This document shows positions 1-9,774 of a stretch of DNA of 32,000 nucleotides, one piece after another. The notes below the pieces were generated by a model. The model was not told the DNA's origin. It did no database searches and saw only the letters and a program-made list of their open reading frames with translations. Position 1 is the stretch's first letter, and the number at the start of each line of letters is the position of its first letter. The DNA is taken from NCBI RefSeq assembly GCF_001552275.1, contig NZ_BCQW01000001.1, positions 366,800-398,799 on the forward strand, written 5' to 3'. The translations under genes and the position numbers were made by a program. Origin of the DNA: Amphibacillus sediminis NBRC 103570. GTDB lineage: Bacteria; Bacillota; Bacilli; Bacillales; Amphibacillaceae.

Positions 1-267
1 TACACTAACACGTTTGCGATCACGACCTACACGCTCAAAGCGAACAATTCCGTCAGCTTTTGCGTATAATGTGTCATCACCACCACGACCCACATTTACA
101 CCTGGATAAATTTTTGTACCGCGTTGACGGTAAAGAATTGATCCACCTGTAACTACTTGGCCATCAGCACGTTTAGCACCAAGACGTTTTGATTCTGAAT
201 CACGGCCGTTTTTTGAACTACCTACACCTTTTTTTGATGCAAAAAATTGCAAGTCAAGACGTAACAT
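1..267 (-). CDS. rpmA: 50S ribosomal protein L27, 3' end runs off the window start
   Basis: Translation from ATG 267..265 gives [37 protein letters not shown]...[20 protein letters not shown]. The Firmicute-type propeptide ends in FFA before SKKG. SD GGAGGTG lies 7 nt upstream. The rplU-prp-rpmA order is conserved. Confidence 0.93.
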   Translation of the reverse strand, partial: MLRLDLQFFASKKGVGSSKNGRDSESKRLGAKRADGQVVTGGSILYRQRGTKIYPGVNVGRGGDDTLYAKADGIVRFERVGRDRKRVSV

Positions 268-281
268 CGGTTTGCACCTCC

Positions 282-614
282 TTATTTGTCAGAGATGGAT
301 ATATATTGACCATAGTCGCGCTCGATGGTTAATAAGGATACAAGCATACCTTCCAATAAAACAGCAGCTTTCTTAAGCTGTGCTGCTGTAATAGAGTGTG
401 GTAACTCCACCCTTAAATAACCACCTTCGCCACCTTGATCAATAATTGGCTCAATCTCAGTTAACTTTATCAATGCATTAGTCATTCCAAAAGCAACTGC
501 TGAAACAGCAGCACAGACCAAATCGTGTCCGTTCGGGCCACTATCAGCATGACCAGTAATCTCAAAAGCTGTTATATTTGTTTGTTGATCACGAAAAATC
601 GTAGCATAGATCAT
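282..614 (-). CDS. prp: Ribosomal-processing cysteine protease Prp (YsxB family), removes the L27 propeptide
   Basis: 110 aa ORF between rplU and rpmA. It contains the GHA...G.D.VCAAVSA motif typical of YsxB/Prp. Confidence 0.85.
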   Translation of the reverse strand: MIYATIFRDQQTNITAFEITGHADSGPNGHDLVCAAVSAVAFGMTNALIKLTEIEPIIDQGGEGGYLRVELPHSITAAQLKKAAVLLEGMLVSLLTIERDYGQYISISDK

Positions 615-625
615 ACCAATCAGCC

Positions 626-934
626 TTAAGCATTAATTTTTTCAATCGTTACTTTTGTGTATGGCTGACGGTGTCCTTGTTTACGGTGATAATTCTTCTT
701 AGGCTTGAACTTGTAAACCGTAATTTTCTTTTGACGTCCTTGCTTTTCAACTTTAGCTGAAACAGAAGCCCCTTCAACAAATGGAGTACCGACTTTAACT
801 TCGTCACCACTTACAAAAAGAACTTTGTCAAAAGTAACGGTATCACCAGCCTCACCAGCTAATTTCTCAACGTAGATCTCTTGACCTTCTTCTACTTTGA
901 TTTGTTTACCACCAGTTTCAATAATTGCGTACAT
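626..934 (-). CDS. rplU: 50S ribosomal protein L21
   Basis: [18 protein letters not shown]... is the canonical L21 N-terminus. ATG at 934 is preceded by SD GGAGGTG (941..948). The 36-codon upstream extension in the ORF track is leader RNA, not coding. Confidence 0.93.
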   Translation of the reverse strand: MYAIIETGGKQIKVEEGQEIYVEKLAGEAGDTVTFDKVLFVSGDEVKVGTPFVEGASVSAKVEKQGRQKKITVYKFKPKKNYHRKQGHRQPYTKVTIEKINA

Positions 935-940
935 CCTACT

Positions 941-1050
941 GCACCTCCTTAAATAACTCAGACTCGCCATTACAGGTGTGAGCGGTCGCTCCCTTATAAC
1001 CTGTTCTGCGCGGTTGTAGCAACAGGTGCTACTTATTTGCATAACATTAA
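941..1050 (-). promoter_or_regulatory. Structured 5' leader of rplU operon (candidate L21 ribosomal-protein leader)
   Basis: About 100 nt between the RNase gene stop and rplU. It has nested helices on the minus strand (CACCUGUU...AACAGGU; GAGCG-ACC-GCUC). An L21 autoregulatory leader is known at this position in Bacilli. Not checked against a covariance model. Confidence 0.5.
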
Positions 1051-1064
1051 GATAATATCATGAA

Positions 1065-2513
1065 CTAAATAATCTTGTCAATGTTTCGAGGGGTTTTTTC
1101 CGCTAGATATGTATCAATCATCATAGACGATCCACTACGAACAAGGCGATAATGCTCCACACCCTTTGTTTCAATAAAATAAACAGAACAAGTTACATAG
1201 CGCGAAAGCCTATCGACTTGAATTAATCTTTGCCAGTGTTGTTTAAATGCTTTAGTCACATGAATGACGACGGCTTCATCCGTCATGCTCATTAATAACC
1301 GTTCAAGTTGATAGACCAAGCTCGCTAATGATGGTTTGTTAAGCTGCGTTGTCTTTTGACTCAGCATCAACTGGTGCATAGGCGCCTCTCGCTTTCTAGT
1401 CAGTTCCAGCAAACCTAATCGAGTAAAACCAACCACCTCTGTCCGTATCGGATCATCTTTCAAATGTTGTGACAGCATATCGATAATCGTCTTTTGATCT
1501 CGTTGTTTTTTCATTCTAATAAAGTCAATTAATATAATGCCTGACAGGTTACGTAGTCGCAACTGTCGGGCAATCGCTTCAGCCGCAATTTTATTTACTT
1601 GAAAAGCAAAATTCTGCTGATCAAGTTTTCCTGTATAACCTGCTGAGTTAACATCAATAACCGTTGCAGCTTCAAGCTGATCAATTGAAATCGTCACACC
1701 ATGCCGACAGTTTACCACTGGGTCAAGTAAAGATTGAAATAGTTGCTCCAATGGGATAGGTAATTGATTAAGTAAATCTTTTTGCCATTTCACTACCGAG
1801 CTTAATCCAGGAAAGCGTTTTTTTAGGTTATTTGCTGTTTCAACCTTGTCGCAAATAATCGATTTAATTGAATGATGAGGTAAACGACGGATAAAACGAT
1901 CTGTCACCGCATGATCATACCACAAACATTTAGGCTTAGTGGCTGAGTTGGCGATTATCTCAATTTCCTGCCATAGCTTACGCAACTGTTCTAGCTGCCC
2001 GATCAACTGTTCAATCGAAAGTAAGGCTGCTTGTGTTCGCACAATCACACCTTCTTTCTGTTGACATGCATCAATAAATAATTGTTTATATTGTTCACGC
2101 TGATTGGTATTAAGCTTTTTCGAAACAGCGACATAGTTCCCAAATGGTAAATATACAACTGCTTCACCTGGTATAGTAACATTCGCTGTTAAACGTGCGC
2201 CTTTTTCTTGATAAGCTTCTTTGATGACTTGTACAATGATCAGCTGACCTTGATCGATAAGAGACGCAATCCGCTTAGCTTGTTGCTGCTCTTGAGGTAT
2301 TTGTTTAAGTTCTAGATAACCTAATCGCTCTTGGCCAATATCAATAAAGGCAGCTTGCAAACCCTGATCAATTTTTGAAACCTTTCCAAGAAAGATTGAG
2401 CCAACTGATTGTGGATAGTCGGGTCGATCGAGCATTAAGTCAATAATTTGATTGTTTTTAAAGGCCAAGCCCATCTTTTCAGTCGGTTTTGTGATAATGT
2501 TTAGTTCAAGCAT
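1065..2513 (-). CDS. rng: Rne/Rng-family ribonuclease (RNase G-like) with N-terminal S1 domain
   Basis: The N-terminus VGSIFLGKVSKIDQGLQAAFIDIG is the S1-domain signature of RNase E/G. Likely start is ATG 2513 (MLELNII...) behind SD GTGAGG, rather than GTG 2525. Confidence 0.8.
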   Translation of the reverse strand: MLELNIITKPTEKMGLAFKNNQIIDLMLDRPDYPQSVGSIFLGKVSKIDQGLQAAFIDIGQERLGYLELKQIPQEQQQAKRIASLIDQGQLIIVQVIKEAYQEKGARLTANVTIPGEAVVYLPFGNYVAVSKKLNTNQREQYKQLFIDACQQKEGVIVRTQAALLSIEQLIGQLEQLRKLWQEIEIIANSATKPKCLWYDHAVTDRFIRRLPHHSIKSIICDKVETANNLKKRFPGLSSVVKWQKDLLNQLPIPLEQLFQSLLDPVVNCRHGVTISIDQLEAATVIDVNSAGYTGKLDQQNFAFQVNKIAAEAIARQLRLRNLSGIILIDFIRMKKQRDQKTIIDMLSQHLKDDPIRTEVVGFTRLGLLELTRKREAPMHQLMLSQKTTQLNKPSLASLVYQLERLLMSMTDEAVVIHVTKAFKQHWQRLIQVDRLSRYVTCSVYFIETKGVEHYRLVRSGSSMMIDTYLAEKTPRNIDKII

Positions 2514-2528
2514 AAGAACCCTCACTTT

Positions 2529-3374
2529 TTATTGCTTAATTAAGTCAGCTAGTTTGGCGTGATAATAACCTGTTTGAAAATAGTAATTCAAGCAAGTCTG
2601 CTCGTTCGTTAAAACATGCTGATCTTCAATTAGAATAGGATGAAAACAGCCAGCATAGAAGCGGGAAAATACTTCAATCATACTCGTCTGACTAGGAAAA
2701 CTTAAAGGAAGGAGCTTCTGGTTATCCTGATTTTGCTCCATCCGCTTAAGCAAAAAACGTTGAAAAACATAAAAGCGTTGCTTCCATTCTAGACGATTTT
2801 CCCAAATAAGAAAAGTAATGACGATAATCGCATTCAACAAATTATATTGATAGTAAAGTTGTCCAATCAAAAGTCCGAATAAGATTAGCATCGATAAAAT
2901 TAAGGTATAGTCATATGCTTTTTTAAATGGCAAACACTCACTCAGACCAATATGTAGGAGCTTCCCTCCATCTAAAGGCCAGGCCGGAATGAGGTTAAAG
3001 GCCAAAATAGCAAAGTTGTAACGTAAAGCAAACAAAATTAAATCTGTAGGTAAAAGGCCTATATAATGGATCCATAATAAAAGAAGATAGATAAACGCAT
3101 GCTGGATTGGACCAGCTACCGTAACAATAAGCTGCTCAATCATTGGTTTATGACCATGTTCTTCTGTTTCCATTACGCCTCCAAACAACCATATTGTGAC
3201 TCGAACAATCTTCCAATTAAAGAGCCGAGCAGCAATAAGATGACCAGCTTCATGCCAAATGACGATAATAAAAATGATCGAAACCTCGACAAACATACCT
3301 GTCAATAAAGAAACGACTATCGTCAACCAGATGGATGGATGTAAATGAATATGCTCTAACCATTTAATTGTCAT
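2529..3374 (-). CDS. spoIVFB: Stage IV sporulation pro-sigma-K processing metalloprotease SpoIVFB (M50 site-2 protease)
   Basis: HEAGH (HExxH) lies in a TM segment and is followed by NLIPAWPLDGG. The protein has multiple TM helices. It aligns along its length with my recollection of B. subtilis SpoIVFB and overlaps the spoIVFA stop. Confidence 0.88.
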   Translation of the reverse strand: MTIKWLEHIHLHPSIWLTIVVSLLTGMFVEVSIIFIIVIWHEAGHLIAARLFNWKIVRVTIWLFGGVMETEEHGHKPMIEQLIVTVAGPIQHAFIYLLLLWIHYIGLLPTDLILFALRYNFAILAFNLIPAWPLDGGKLLHIGLSECLPFKKAYDYTLILSMLILFGLLIGQLYYQYNLLNAIIVITFLIWENRLEWKQRFYVFQRFLLKRMEQNQDNQKLLPLSFPSQTSMIEVFSRFYAGCFHPILIEDQHVLTNEQTCLNYYFQTGYYHAKLADLIKQ

Positions 3375-4104
3375 CTACTGGTATAACCTCAATTGGATCA
3401 ATATATTGATTATTTTTTTGTAATGAAAAGTACAAATTACCATTATTACCTTCAGCTACTTGACCAATTTTCTGATTAGCATAAACAAATTGATATGGTG
3501 TAACATCAATTTGATCAAGAAAGCCATAAATAGATTTCGTTCGATCAGGGTGCTGAATAATCACTGTTTTTTCTGTTTGACGGTCATTCCCAGCAAAAAT
3601 AACAGTACCTTGCTCAATTGAAAATACTTCTGGTTGGTCATCTACTTGAATAAGTACACCTTGTCCATTTGTATTAAATGGTTGTGATACAGTTCCACTT
3701 ACCGGAAATGCTAATTGACCATATGTTGGTACAGTTGACTGATCAACAAAGAAGCCAAAGGGAACACCAAATTGCTCCTGGTACCAGACATTTACGGTTG
3801 CAAATGGAAAATCCTCAACAAGTTGTGTATACAGCCAACTTCTTGACTTCTCGAATTGATTCGAGTCAGATTGCAAAAACATCACAGTAAAGAGAAAAAA
3901 AGCCGACGCAATAAGTAGCTGTTTAACAAATAATGGCGTTCTCGATTTGATTTGGTCTTGATGACTAGGCTTCTGAGTCGAATGAACTGATGGACGTTCA
4001 GTCTCTTCGACTCGATTGGGGATCTGGACGGTCTTGAGGCGTTGCTGTTTTCGTTTTATGATGTCCTTCCTAATTTGATCTAAATCTTTTTTCATGTTTC
4101 TCAC
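3364..4104 (-). CDS. spoIVFA: Stage IV sporulation protein FA (M23/LytM-like, membrane anchored)
   Basis: Basic N-terminus (DQIRKDIIKRKQQR), one TM segment, and a C-terminal degenerate M23 fold ending IDPIEVIP as in SpoIVFA. Position is immediately upstream of spoIVFB. Confidence 0.8.
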   Translation of the reverse strand: MRNMKKDLDQIRKDIIKRKQQRLKTVQIPNRVEETERPSVHSTQKPSHQDQIKSRTPLFVKQLLIASAFFLFTVMFLQSDSNQFEKSRSWLYTQLVEDFPFATVNVWYQEQFGVPFGFFVDQSTVPTYGQLAFPVSGTVSQPFNTNGQGVLIQVDDQPEVFSIEQGTVIFAGNDRQTEKTVIIQHPDRTKSIYGFLDQIDVTPYQFVYANQKIGQVAEGNNGNLYFSLQKNNQYIDPIEVIPVDDN

Positions 4105-4130
4105 AACCTTCTACGATTAGCATTTGTACA

Positions 4131-4158
4131 AGTTTATGAGAAAATAAATGATTTATGA
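4131..4158 (-). promoter_or_regulatory. Candidate sigma-E-type promoter for spoIVFA-spoIVFB
   Basis: On the minus strand, TCATAAA, 13 nt, CATAAACT resembles the sigma-E consensus (ATATT ... CATACA-T). It lies about 30 nt upstream of the spoIVFA start, downstream of the minD terminator. AT-rich context, so it could be chance. Confidence 0.3.
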
Positions 4159-4285
4159 TTACCTCAAGATGGATTGCGAAGTGAAAGACAGCCAATCTTT
4201 TAGCAGCTTTATTTTGGTTTAGAAAAGATGAGGCTATTACTATAGAAATACCACTGACTATTAGATCTCTACCTTTGCGAGAAAA

Positions 4286-4320
4286 CAAAAATTGAGTAGG
4301 AGATTGACACCCTACTCAAT
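4286..4320 (-). terminator. Rho-independent terminator after minD
   Basis: Perfect 10-bp stem ATTGAGTAGG/CCTACTCAAT with a 10-nt loop, followed on the minus strand by UUUUUG. It sits 6 nt after the minD stop. Confidence 0.75.
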
Positions 4321-4325
4321 GTTAA

Positions 4326-5123
4326 TTAATGACGTAAACCTAAAAACTTTTTAACTTTTGAAAGAACACTTTTATCTTCGTCAAAGGATTGTAACGGTAC
4401 GGATTCACCTAGTATCCTTCTCGAAATGTTTCGATAAGCGATTGAAGCTTTGGTATTGGGTTGAAAGGCAACAGGCTCACCATTATTAGAGGCTTTGATG
4501 ACTTCATCATCATCTGCAATAATACCCAATAGGTCGATCGATAAGACTTGAATAATCTCATCAATGGACATCATATCACCATTTTTCATCATATGGTTTC
4601 GAATCCGATTAATAACAAGTCTTGGAGGCTCGACATTTTCTTGCTCTAATAAACCAATAATCCGGTCTGCATCACGCACACTCGACTTCTCTGGTGTTGT
4701 CACAACAATAGCTTTATGCGCACCTGCTACAGCATTTTTATAACCTTGCTCAATTCCCGCCGGACAATCAATTAAAATATAGTCAAACTCTTGCTTTAAT
4801 TCGGTAATCATTTCAACCATAGCCTCTGGAGTTAAATCATTCTTATCACTTGTTTGAGCAGCTGGTAGTAAAAATAAATAATCAAATCGCTTATCTCTTA
4901 TTAAGGCTTGCTTGAGCTTGCAACGACCTTTTGTTACATCAATAATGTCATAAATGATTCGATTCTCTAACCCCATCACGACATCTAAATTTCGAAGACC
5001 AATATCTGTATCCATTAGACAAACCTTTTTGTTCATTAAAGCTAACGCTGTTCCTAAATTAGCTGTCGTTGTGGTTTTACCAACGCCACCCTTTCCAGAA
5101 GTAATGACTATTGCTTCAGCCAT
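4326..5123 (-). CDS. minD: Septum site-determining ATPase MinD
   Basis: MAEAIVITSGKGGVGKTTTTANLG deviant Walker A motif. Start ATG 5123 lies behind SD GAGAGGAG and overlaps the minC stop by 8 nt. Confidence 0.95.
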   Translation of the reverse strand: MAEAIVITSGKGGVGKTTTTANLGTALALMNKKVCLMDTDIGLRNLDVVMGLENRIIYDIIDVTKGRCKLKQALIRDKRFDYLFLLPAAQTSDKNDLTPEAMVEMITELKQEFDYILIDCPAGIEQGYKNAVAGAHKAIVVTTPEKSSVRDADRIIGLLEQENVEPPRLVINRIRNHMMKNGDMMSIDEIIQVLSIDLLGIIADDDEVIKASNNGEPVAFQPNTKASIAYRNISRRILGESVPLQSFDEDKSVLSKVKKFLGLRH

Positions 5124-5796
5124 TGATAACACTCCTCTCAAAAGCATTTAACTGTGGTCTTTTTCTTGCTACTGCCTGTAAACGATCAATCACGATTTTC
5201 CCTGAATCATCAACATAGCCACATTCCAAATAAACGCCATCAGAATTGTAATCAGGAGACCGGCTATATAGTCCTGCAATCCGCAATTGAACAGGATCCA
5301 TGTATGATGCTGCAATAATGGCTTCTTTATTACCTAAATAACCTGCGTGAGCAATCCCTCTTAAATTCCCCATAATAAACACGTTACCTGTTGCTTTAAC
5401 TGTAGCACCTGGATTAACATCACCGATTAACAGTAAGTCTCCCTTCACCTCAACAACTTGTCCAGATCGAACCGTTTTAGTAATCGTCCGAACATCACTT
5501 TCCTCTTTTAGCTCTAATGCCTGCTGTTTTAGAATGACGTTCGACTCTATATTTTGCACGACCATTTTATTCTTCTTTCTAATCAACGCACGTAGCGTCT
5601 CTTCTTGATCATTATGTAAATAGCGATTACCTAGCTGAACAGTGAGTGTAATCATTTGCTCTTCATCAAGATCATCCTGCGAGAGTGTGCGGTCGAGCTC
5701 TTCAAGTAGGTCGTCAAAGGAACACGAATCATCAAGATAGAGTGTTAAGCCTTCACGTGTTCCTTTTATTGTGACATATTGTTTTTTAGTGATCAT
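5116..5796 (-). CDS. minC: Septum site-determining protein MinC
   Basis: C-terminal beta-helix segment GDVNPGATVKATGNVFIMGNLRGIAHAG is typical of MinC. Start ATG 5796 lies behind SD GGAGGTG. Position is between mreD and minD. Confidence 0.9.
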   Translation of the reverse strand: MITKKQYVTIKGTREGLTLYLDDSCSFDDLLEELDRTLSQDDLDEEQMITLTVQLGNRYLHNDQEETLRALIRKKNKMVVQNIESNVILKQQALELKEESDVRTITKTVRSGQVVEVKGDLLLIGDVNPGATVKATGNVFIMGNLRGIAHAGYLGNKEAIIAASYMDPVQLRIAGLYSRSPDYNSDGVYLECGYVDDSGKIVIDRLQAVARKRPQLNAFERSVING

Positions 5797-5837
5797 ATCC
5801 GACACCTCCTATCAATCCGATTACATTCGCTGTTAGT

Positions 5838-6380
5838 TTAGTTCGTCGAACGTTTCGGATCAAATCGATCGTTCGACCATTTGACCAGCTTGCGTTTGAA
5901 AATCAGATAGAAAATAAGAAATACTAAAAGATTAACGAATAACGTAGGCATTAATCTATGAGATAGGTAATCAGCTATCCCCATATTTGTAACACCAATA
6001 AATTGATATATAAAATAGAGCAGAGAATCGACTAAGCCAACACCAATGATCATTAAAATTAGCGCAACATAGAAGTTTGCATGAAGAAGTTTGCGCATGC
6101 CATGGAAAAAATAGGTGATGATAGCATAGCTAAACATATACACACCGATAATACTTGTATATACGATATCAATTAACAAGCCTGACAAAATGGCAAAGAA
6201 CAAGGCATAATAGGTATCCTCTAAATCATAAAACATGACAAGTAAGAGTAAAAACAAAAATACAGAATGAATGACAATGATCAAGCCAGCTTCTGAGATA
6301 CTAGCAGGAATTAGCAAGCTAACCCCTCCTTGCAAAATGAGAAGCAGTAGCAGGATTAAAGGAGGAGCAATTCTAGACAT
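5838..6380 (-). CDS. mreD: Rod shape-determining protein MreD
   Basis: 180 aa polytopic membrane protein directly after mreC, with a TAATG stop/start overlap at 6378..6382. Confidence 0.85.
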   Translation of the reverse strand: MSRIAPPLILLLLLILQGGVSLLIPASISEAGLIIVIHSVFLFLLLLVMFYDLEDTYYALFFAILSGLLIDIVYTSIIGVYMFSYAIITYFFHGMRKLLHANFYVALILMIIGVGLVDSLLYFIYQFIGVTNMGIADYLSHRLMPTLFVNLLVFLIFYLIFKRKLVKWSNDRFDPKRSTN

Positions 6381-7279
6381 TAATCTTCCTCCTCACTCTT
6401 ATCATCGTCATCCTCAGTATCATCAGGCGTGTGGTCGGTTACCATAGTTCTATCTACAACAATGACATGATTAAGATTCTCCATATCCGCGGAAGGCTGG
6501 ACATAGGCAATCTGTGTTAATCCGTATTGATCGGTCGTTACTTCCTCAATTGTCCCAATTTCTAAACCTCTAGGAAATATACCACCTAATCCTGATGAAA
6601 AGACAGATTCACCTTCAGGGATTTCATCATAATACTCAGTAAACTCTAAGATAAGCTGTTCACGTTCTTCATTAAAGCCCATAATAAAGCCCTGTGCCTC
6701 TCCTCCATCTTCAGTTAGCATAACAGTTACTGCAATTCGATTAGATCGATCAAAACCATTTAATAGTAGAACAGATGAGGTAAACTGAGAAGCGGATTGA
6801 ATCTTCCCAATCATGCCATCAGCAGTAATAACTGCCATATCCTGACTAATACCGTCTTGTTTACCTTTATTTATCGTAACTTGCTTGAACCACTGTTCTG
6901 GACTTCTAGCAATGATTGAGGCTTGAATCGGTGTATAATCTCTAATGCTTTCAGTTTTCTTTAATAGTGCCATCAGTTCCTCATTATCGTTTCTTAGCTC
7001 CTGCACTTCATACAAAACGCGTTGATATTGAGCCAAATTCTCTTTCAAAACTTGATTTTCGTGGTACATGTTAATCATACCATCAATATTATCAACGACT
7101 TTTGTTATATAATTAAAGGGCGCCAAGAAGGCCTGCTGTGTCCAGCCAAATACGTCTTGAAAAAATTCCTCAACAGCAGAAAGTTCATCTCGATCACTGA
7201 GCGAGTAGCCGATCAAACCTACCATTATAATGAGCCCTAGTAAAATTGAGAACAGTCGTTTTCTACGAAAAAAAGACAT
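6380..7279 (-). CDS. mreC: Rod shape-determining protein MreC (with acidic C-terminal tail)
   Basis: N-terminal TM segment, a coiled-coil segment, and a C-terminal beta domain (IGKI..., GGIFPRGLEIGTI). Start ATG 7279 lies behind SD GGAGGA. The tail is DDTEDDDDKSEEED. Confidence 0.9.
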   Translation of the reverse strand: MSFFRRKRLFSILLGLIIMVGLIGYSLSDRDELSAVEEFFQDVFGWTQQAFLAPFNYITKVVDNIDGMINMYHENQVLKENLAQYQRVLYEVQELRNDNEELMALLKKTESIRDYTPIQASIIARSPEQWFKQVTINKGKQDGISQDMAVITADGMIGKIQSASQFTSSVLLLNGFDRSNRIAVTVMLTEDGGEAQGFIMGFNEEREQLILEFTEYYDEIPEGESVFSSGLGGIFPRGLEIGTIEEVTTDQYGLTQIAYVQPSADMENLNHVIVVDRTMVTDHTPDDTEDDDDKSEEED

Positions 7280-7293
7280 AGACAATCCTCCAA

Positions 7294-8334
7294 TTAATCC
7301 ATAGTTGATCGAGAAGCAATGTTCGGATGTGATTTAAAATGTTCAATATAGGCTAGAGCTTTACCGGTTCCTATTGCTACACTATCAAGAGGTGCATCAG
7401 CCACAAAAACAGGCATTTTTGTTTCTTCTGAGATAACCTGATCTAGCCCTCGCAATAAAGCTCCCCCACCAGATAGAACAATACCACGGTCCATCACATC
7501 AGCGGAAAGTTCAGGTGGTGTTTTCTCCAAGGTATTTTTCACCGAATCAATAATAGCTGTGACCGTATCCTTAAGAGATTGGGCAATTTCTTCTGCTGTA
7601 ATTGTAATAGTTTTAGGTAGGCCAGTTAATAGATCTCGACCACGAATATCCATGGATTCATTGTCGAGGCTATGCCCGGCTGAACCAATATCCATTTTGA
7701 TTGATTCCGCAGTACGCTCACCAATCATCAAACTGTATTTCTTGCGAATATACTGAATGATCGCATCATCCATATCGTCACCGGCAGTACGAATCGATTG
7801 ACTTGTCACAATGCCGCCTAATGATATTACGGCTACCTCTGTCGTTCCTCCACCAATATCTACAATCATACTTCCGGTTGGTTCCCAGACCGGTAATCCA
7901 GCACCTATTGCCGCTGCAAACGGCTCAGCAATAGGAAAAGCTTCTTTTGCCCCTGCCTGCTTTGTCGCATCAATGACAGCACGCTCTTCAACCATTGTAA
8001 TACCAGAAGGCACACAAACCATAACATTCGGTTTTCTTGCTAAAGCAGAACGATTCCGTTGAGCTAAACGAATATAATATTTCATCATAGAAGCTGTTGT
8101 ATCATAATCAGCTATAACTCCATCCTTCATTGGTCGAATAACAGAAATATTTCCTGGTGTACGCCCGATCATATTTCTTGCATCACTACCAACTGCTTCA
8201 ATTTCACCGGTTGAATTATTCTTAGCCACAACAGATGGCTCTCTAACCACTATTCCTTTTCCTTTAATATAAACTAAAGTATTAGCTGTCCCCAAATCAA
8301 TACCTAAATCCTGTGTAAAACTGAATTTTGCCAC
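7294..8334 (-). CDS. mreB: Actin-like rod shape-determining protein MreB
   Basis: [14 protein letters not shown]..., [16 protein letters not shown] and [15 protein letters not shown] are actin-fold phosphate/adenosine motifs. Probable start is GTG 8334 behind SD GAGAGG. The ORF-track TTG at 8358 is less likely. Confidence 0.95.
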   Translation of the reverse strand: MAKFSFTQDLGIDLGTANTLVYIKGKGIVVREPSVVAKNNSTGEIEAVGSDARNMIGRTPGNISVIRPMKDGVIADYDTTASMMKYYIRLAQRNRSALARKPNVMVCVPSGITMVEERAVIDATKQAGAKEAFPIAEPFAAAIGAGLPVWEPTGSMIVDIGGGTTEVAVISLGGIVTSQSIRTAGDDMDDAIIQYIRKKYSLMIGERTAESIKMDIGSAGHSLDNESMDIRGRDLLTGLPKTITITAEEIAQSLKDTVTAIIDSVKNTLEKTPPELSADVMDRGIVLSGGGALLRGLDQVISEETKMPVFVADAPLDSVAIGTGKALAYIEHFKSHPNIASRSTMD

Positions 8335-8837
8335 TTCAATCGTCCTCTCTATACTCAAAAAATTCTCTATAATATCTTATAAGATGTTTTAAAAGCTGTT
8401 ATCTTATATCTTACCATAATTAAGAAGCGCCTACGTAAGATTTTTCTCTCAGTAGGTCGCTTTCAATTTGATAACTCACCTTTTTAATTATACGAGAATT
8501 TATCAAAAATAGATAGTCTTATTATGTGAACCTTTTTCATTTAGGAATAGATCATCACAACACTCCCGATAAAATGATCTAAAAGTTCTATTATAGATCT
8601 CTATAATTCTTTCACATTAGCACACAGCAAAGGAACTGATCGAAATCAAGCACCAAGTTCTAGCAGGGTGTAATAATGGTCGGGTGCTTTTTTTGTTAAA
8701 AATGTTAGATTCAGCTCCAGATATTGAAATGTAAAAATCATTTAATGCTGTTCCTAACTTTTTTAAAAAACAGGTGAAAAAACCTGATAAATCTCGTATA
8801 ATATCAGGGAATGTTTTTGAAAACAGGAGGGTTACAT

Positions 8838-9440
8838 ATGAAGTTTAAATTACTAATCATGCTCTTATCTACTTATTTTATATTAAGTGGTTGTGGGTCC
8901 GTTTTTAGAGATATTGCTGGCAGTAAGCCTACAGAGGAACCACCAACAACTGTTGTTGACGATGATACTATAGAGGAAAATGACGTGGATAATCAACATG
9001 TTGTCGAGAGTGATGAATCAGATCAACAAGATGTAGAGGATAAATCAGTAGAGGGAGAATACTTAATCGAACTTAATCAGCCAATAGCCGATAATGAGGA
9101 CTTCTCAGCAACTTTAGTTAGTATTGAGAAAATAATCGATGAATATTGGGATGAAGAAAGAATCGAAGTTACCTTTGATGTTCATAATAAAACAGACGAA
9201 ACTGTTACCTTTCAAGCTCGTGATGTGTCTGTTGATGGTAGAATGGTGAATGAACGAATATTATACATGAGTCAGGATGTAGCGAGTGGCAAATCAGCAT
9301 ATGCGGTCTTGACTATAGAAGACTATAATGGTGGTAAACTACCTGCATTTGAAACTGATTTTGAAATGCGTTTACATGTTTTTTCATTTGAAAATTACGA
9401 CTATGAAAACAGCGCTGATGTTCGGGTCGTATTTGATTGA
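8838..9440 (+). CDS. Putative lipoprotein with acidic linker and C-terminal beta-rich domain of unknown function
   Basis: MKFKLLIMLLSTYFILSGCGS contains a lipobox (LSGC). SD AGGAGG lies 8 nt upstream of ATG 8838. A D/E-rich linker is followed by a domain of about 120 aa. It is the only sizeable plus-strand gene in this part of the window. Confidence 0.75.
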   Translation: MKFKLLIMLLSTYFILSGCGSVFRDIAGSKPTEEPPTTVVDDDTIEENDVDNQHVVESDESDQQDVEDKSVEGEYLIELNQPIADNEDFSATLVSIEKIIDEYWDEERIEVTFDVHNKTDETVTFQARDVSVDGRMVNERILYMSQDVASGKSAYAVLTIEDYNGGKLPAFETDFEMRLHVFSFENYDYENSADVRVVFD

Positions 9441-9574
9441 TGACGGAAACAAATACTAAGGATTAAGTTGTTTTTGAACTCCCCCCCACTTAACACGCTT
9501 GAAGCGGGAGTGTTCACAACTATTTAAGATAAAAACTTGAGAGAAAGCTTTGGCTTACCCTTTAGGTTTTTTAG

Positions 9575-9609
9575 CAGTCAGATGGCTAGATAAGGCTATC
9601 TGACTTTTT
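9575..9609 (+). terminator. Rho-independent terminator, plus strand (lipoprotein transcription unit)
   Basis: AGTCAGATGGC/GCTATCTGACT forms an 11-bp stem (one G-U pair) followed by TTTTTT on the plus strand. Confidence 0.7.
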
Positions 9610-9752
9610 TCTATATAAAGCAGAGAAAACCACCCGTTCACAAACTGCAGCCCAATTATTAGACACACAACTTACAATTGGAGGTGCAATTCACTCATGG
9701 ATGGCTTTTATTTTCGATATGTTTACCTACGAGCTTTTGATCTAAAGGCAAA

Positions 9753-9774
9753 GGTCGTTGCCAGTTAACGAACC
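9753..9774. terminator. Candidate bidirectional hairpin terminator downstream of radC exon 2
   Basis: GGTCGTT/AACGAACC stem (7 bp plus one bulge), T-rich on both sides (minus strand UUUGCCUUU, plus strand UCUUUCAACUUUAUUUUU). It lies about 70 nt after the radC stop. Confidence 0.35.

Noticed and set aside
935-1042. The ORF track shows a 36-codon N-terminal extension of rplU ([14 protein letters not shown]...).
   Set aside because: The canonical L21 N-terminus [11 protein letters not shown] starts at 934 with a strong SD. The upstream part is GC-rich structured leader RNA.
4070-4288. 72-aa minus-strand ORF in the minD-spoIVFA spacer.
   Set aside because: It has no SD, overlaps the spoIVFA start region and the promoter-like sequence, and shows no recognisable motif. 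It is probably a chance ORF.
3099-8062. Plus-strand ORFs of 60-83 aa inside spoIVFB, spoIVFA, minD, mreC and mreB (3099..3308, 3678..3890, 4954..5151, 7022..7240, 7559..7756, 7811..8062).
   Set aside because: They are antisense to well-supported conserved genes, lack SDs, and have low-complexity or odd composition.
9481-9487. A C7 homopolymer within a hairpin-prone segment (9476..9515) after the lipoprotein gene, considered as a phase-variation tract.
   Set aside because: It is intergenic and downstream of the stop codon, so length changes would not alter any reading frame or obvious promoter spacing.
9697-9747. 16-codon plus-strand ORF (MDGFYFRYVYLRAFDL*) behind a strong GGAGGTG.
   Set aside because: The SD spacing is long (10 nt), there is no promoter, and it lies just downstream of a plus-strand terminator. 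It is too short to support without expression data.
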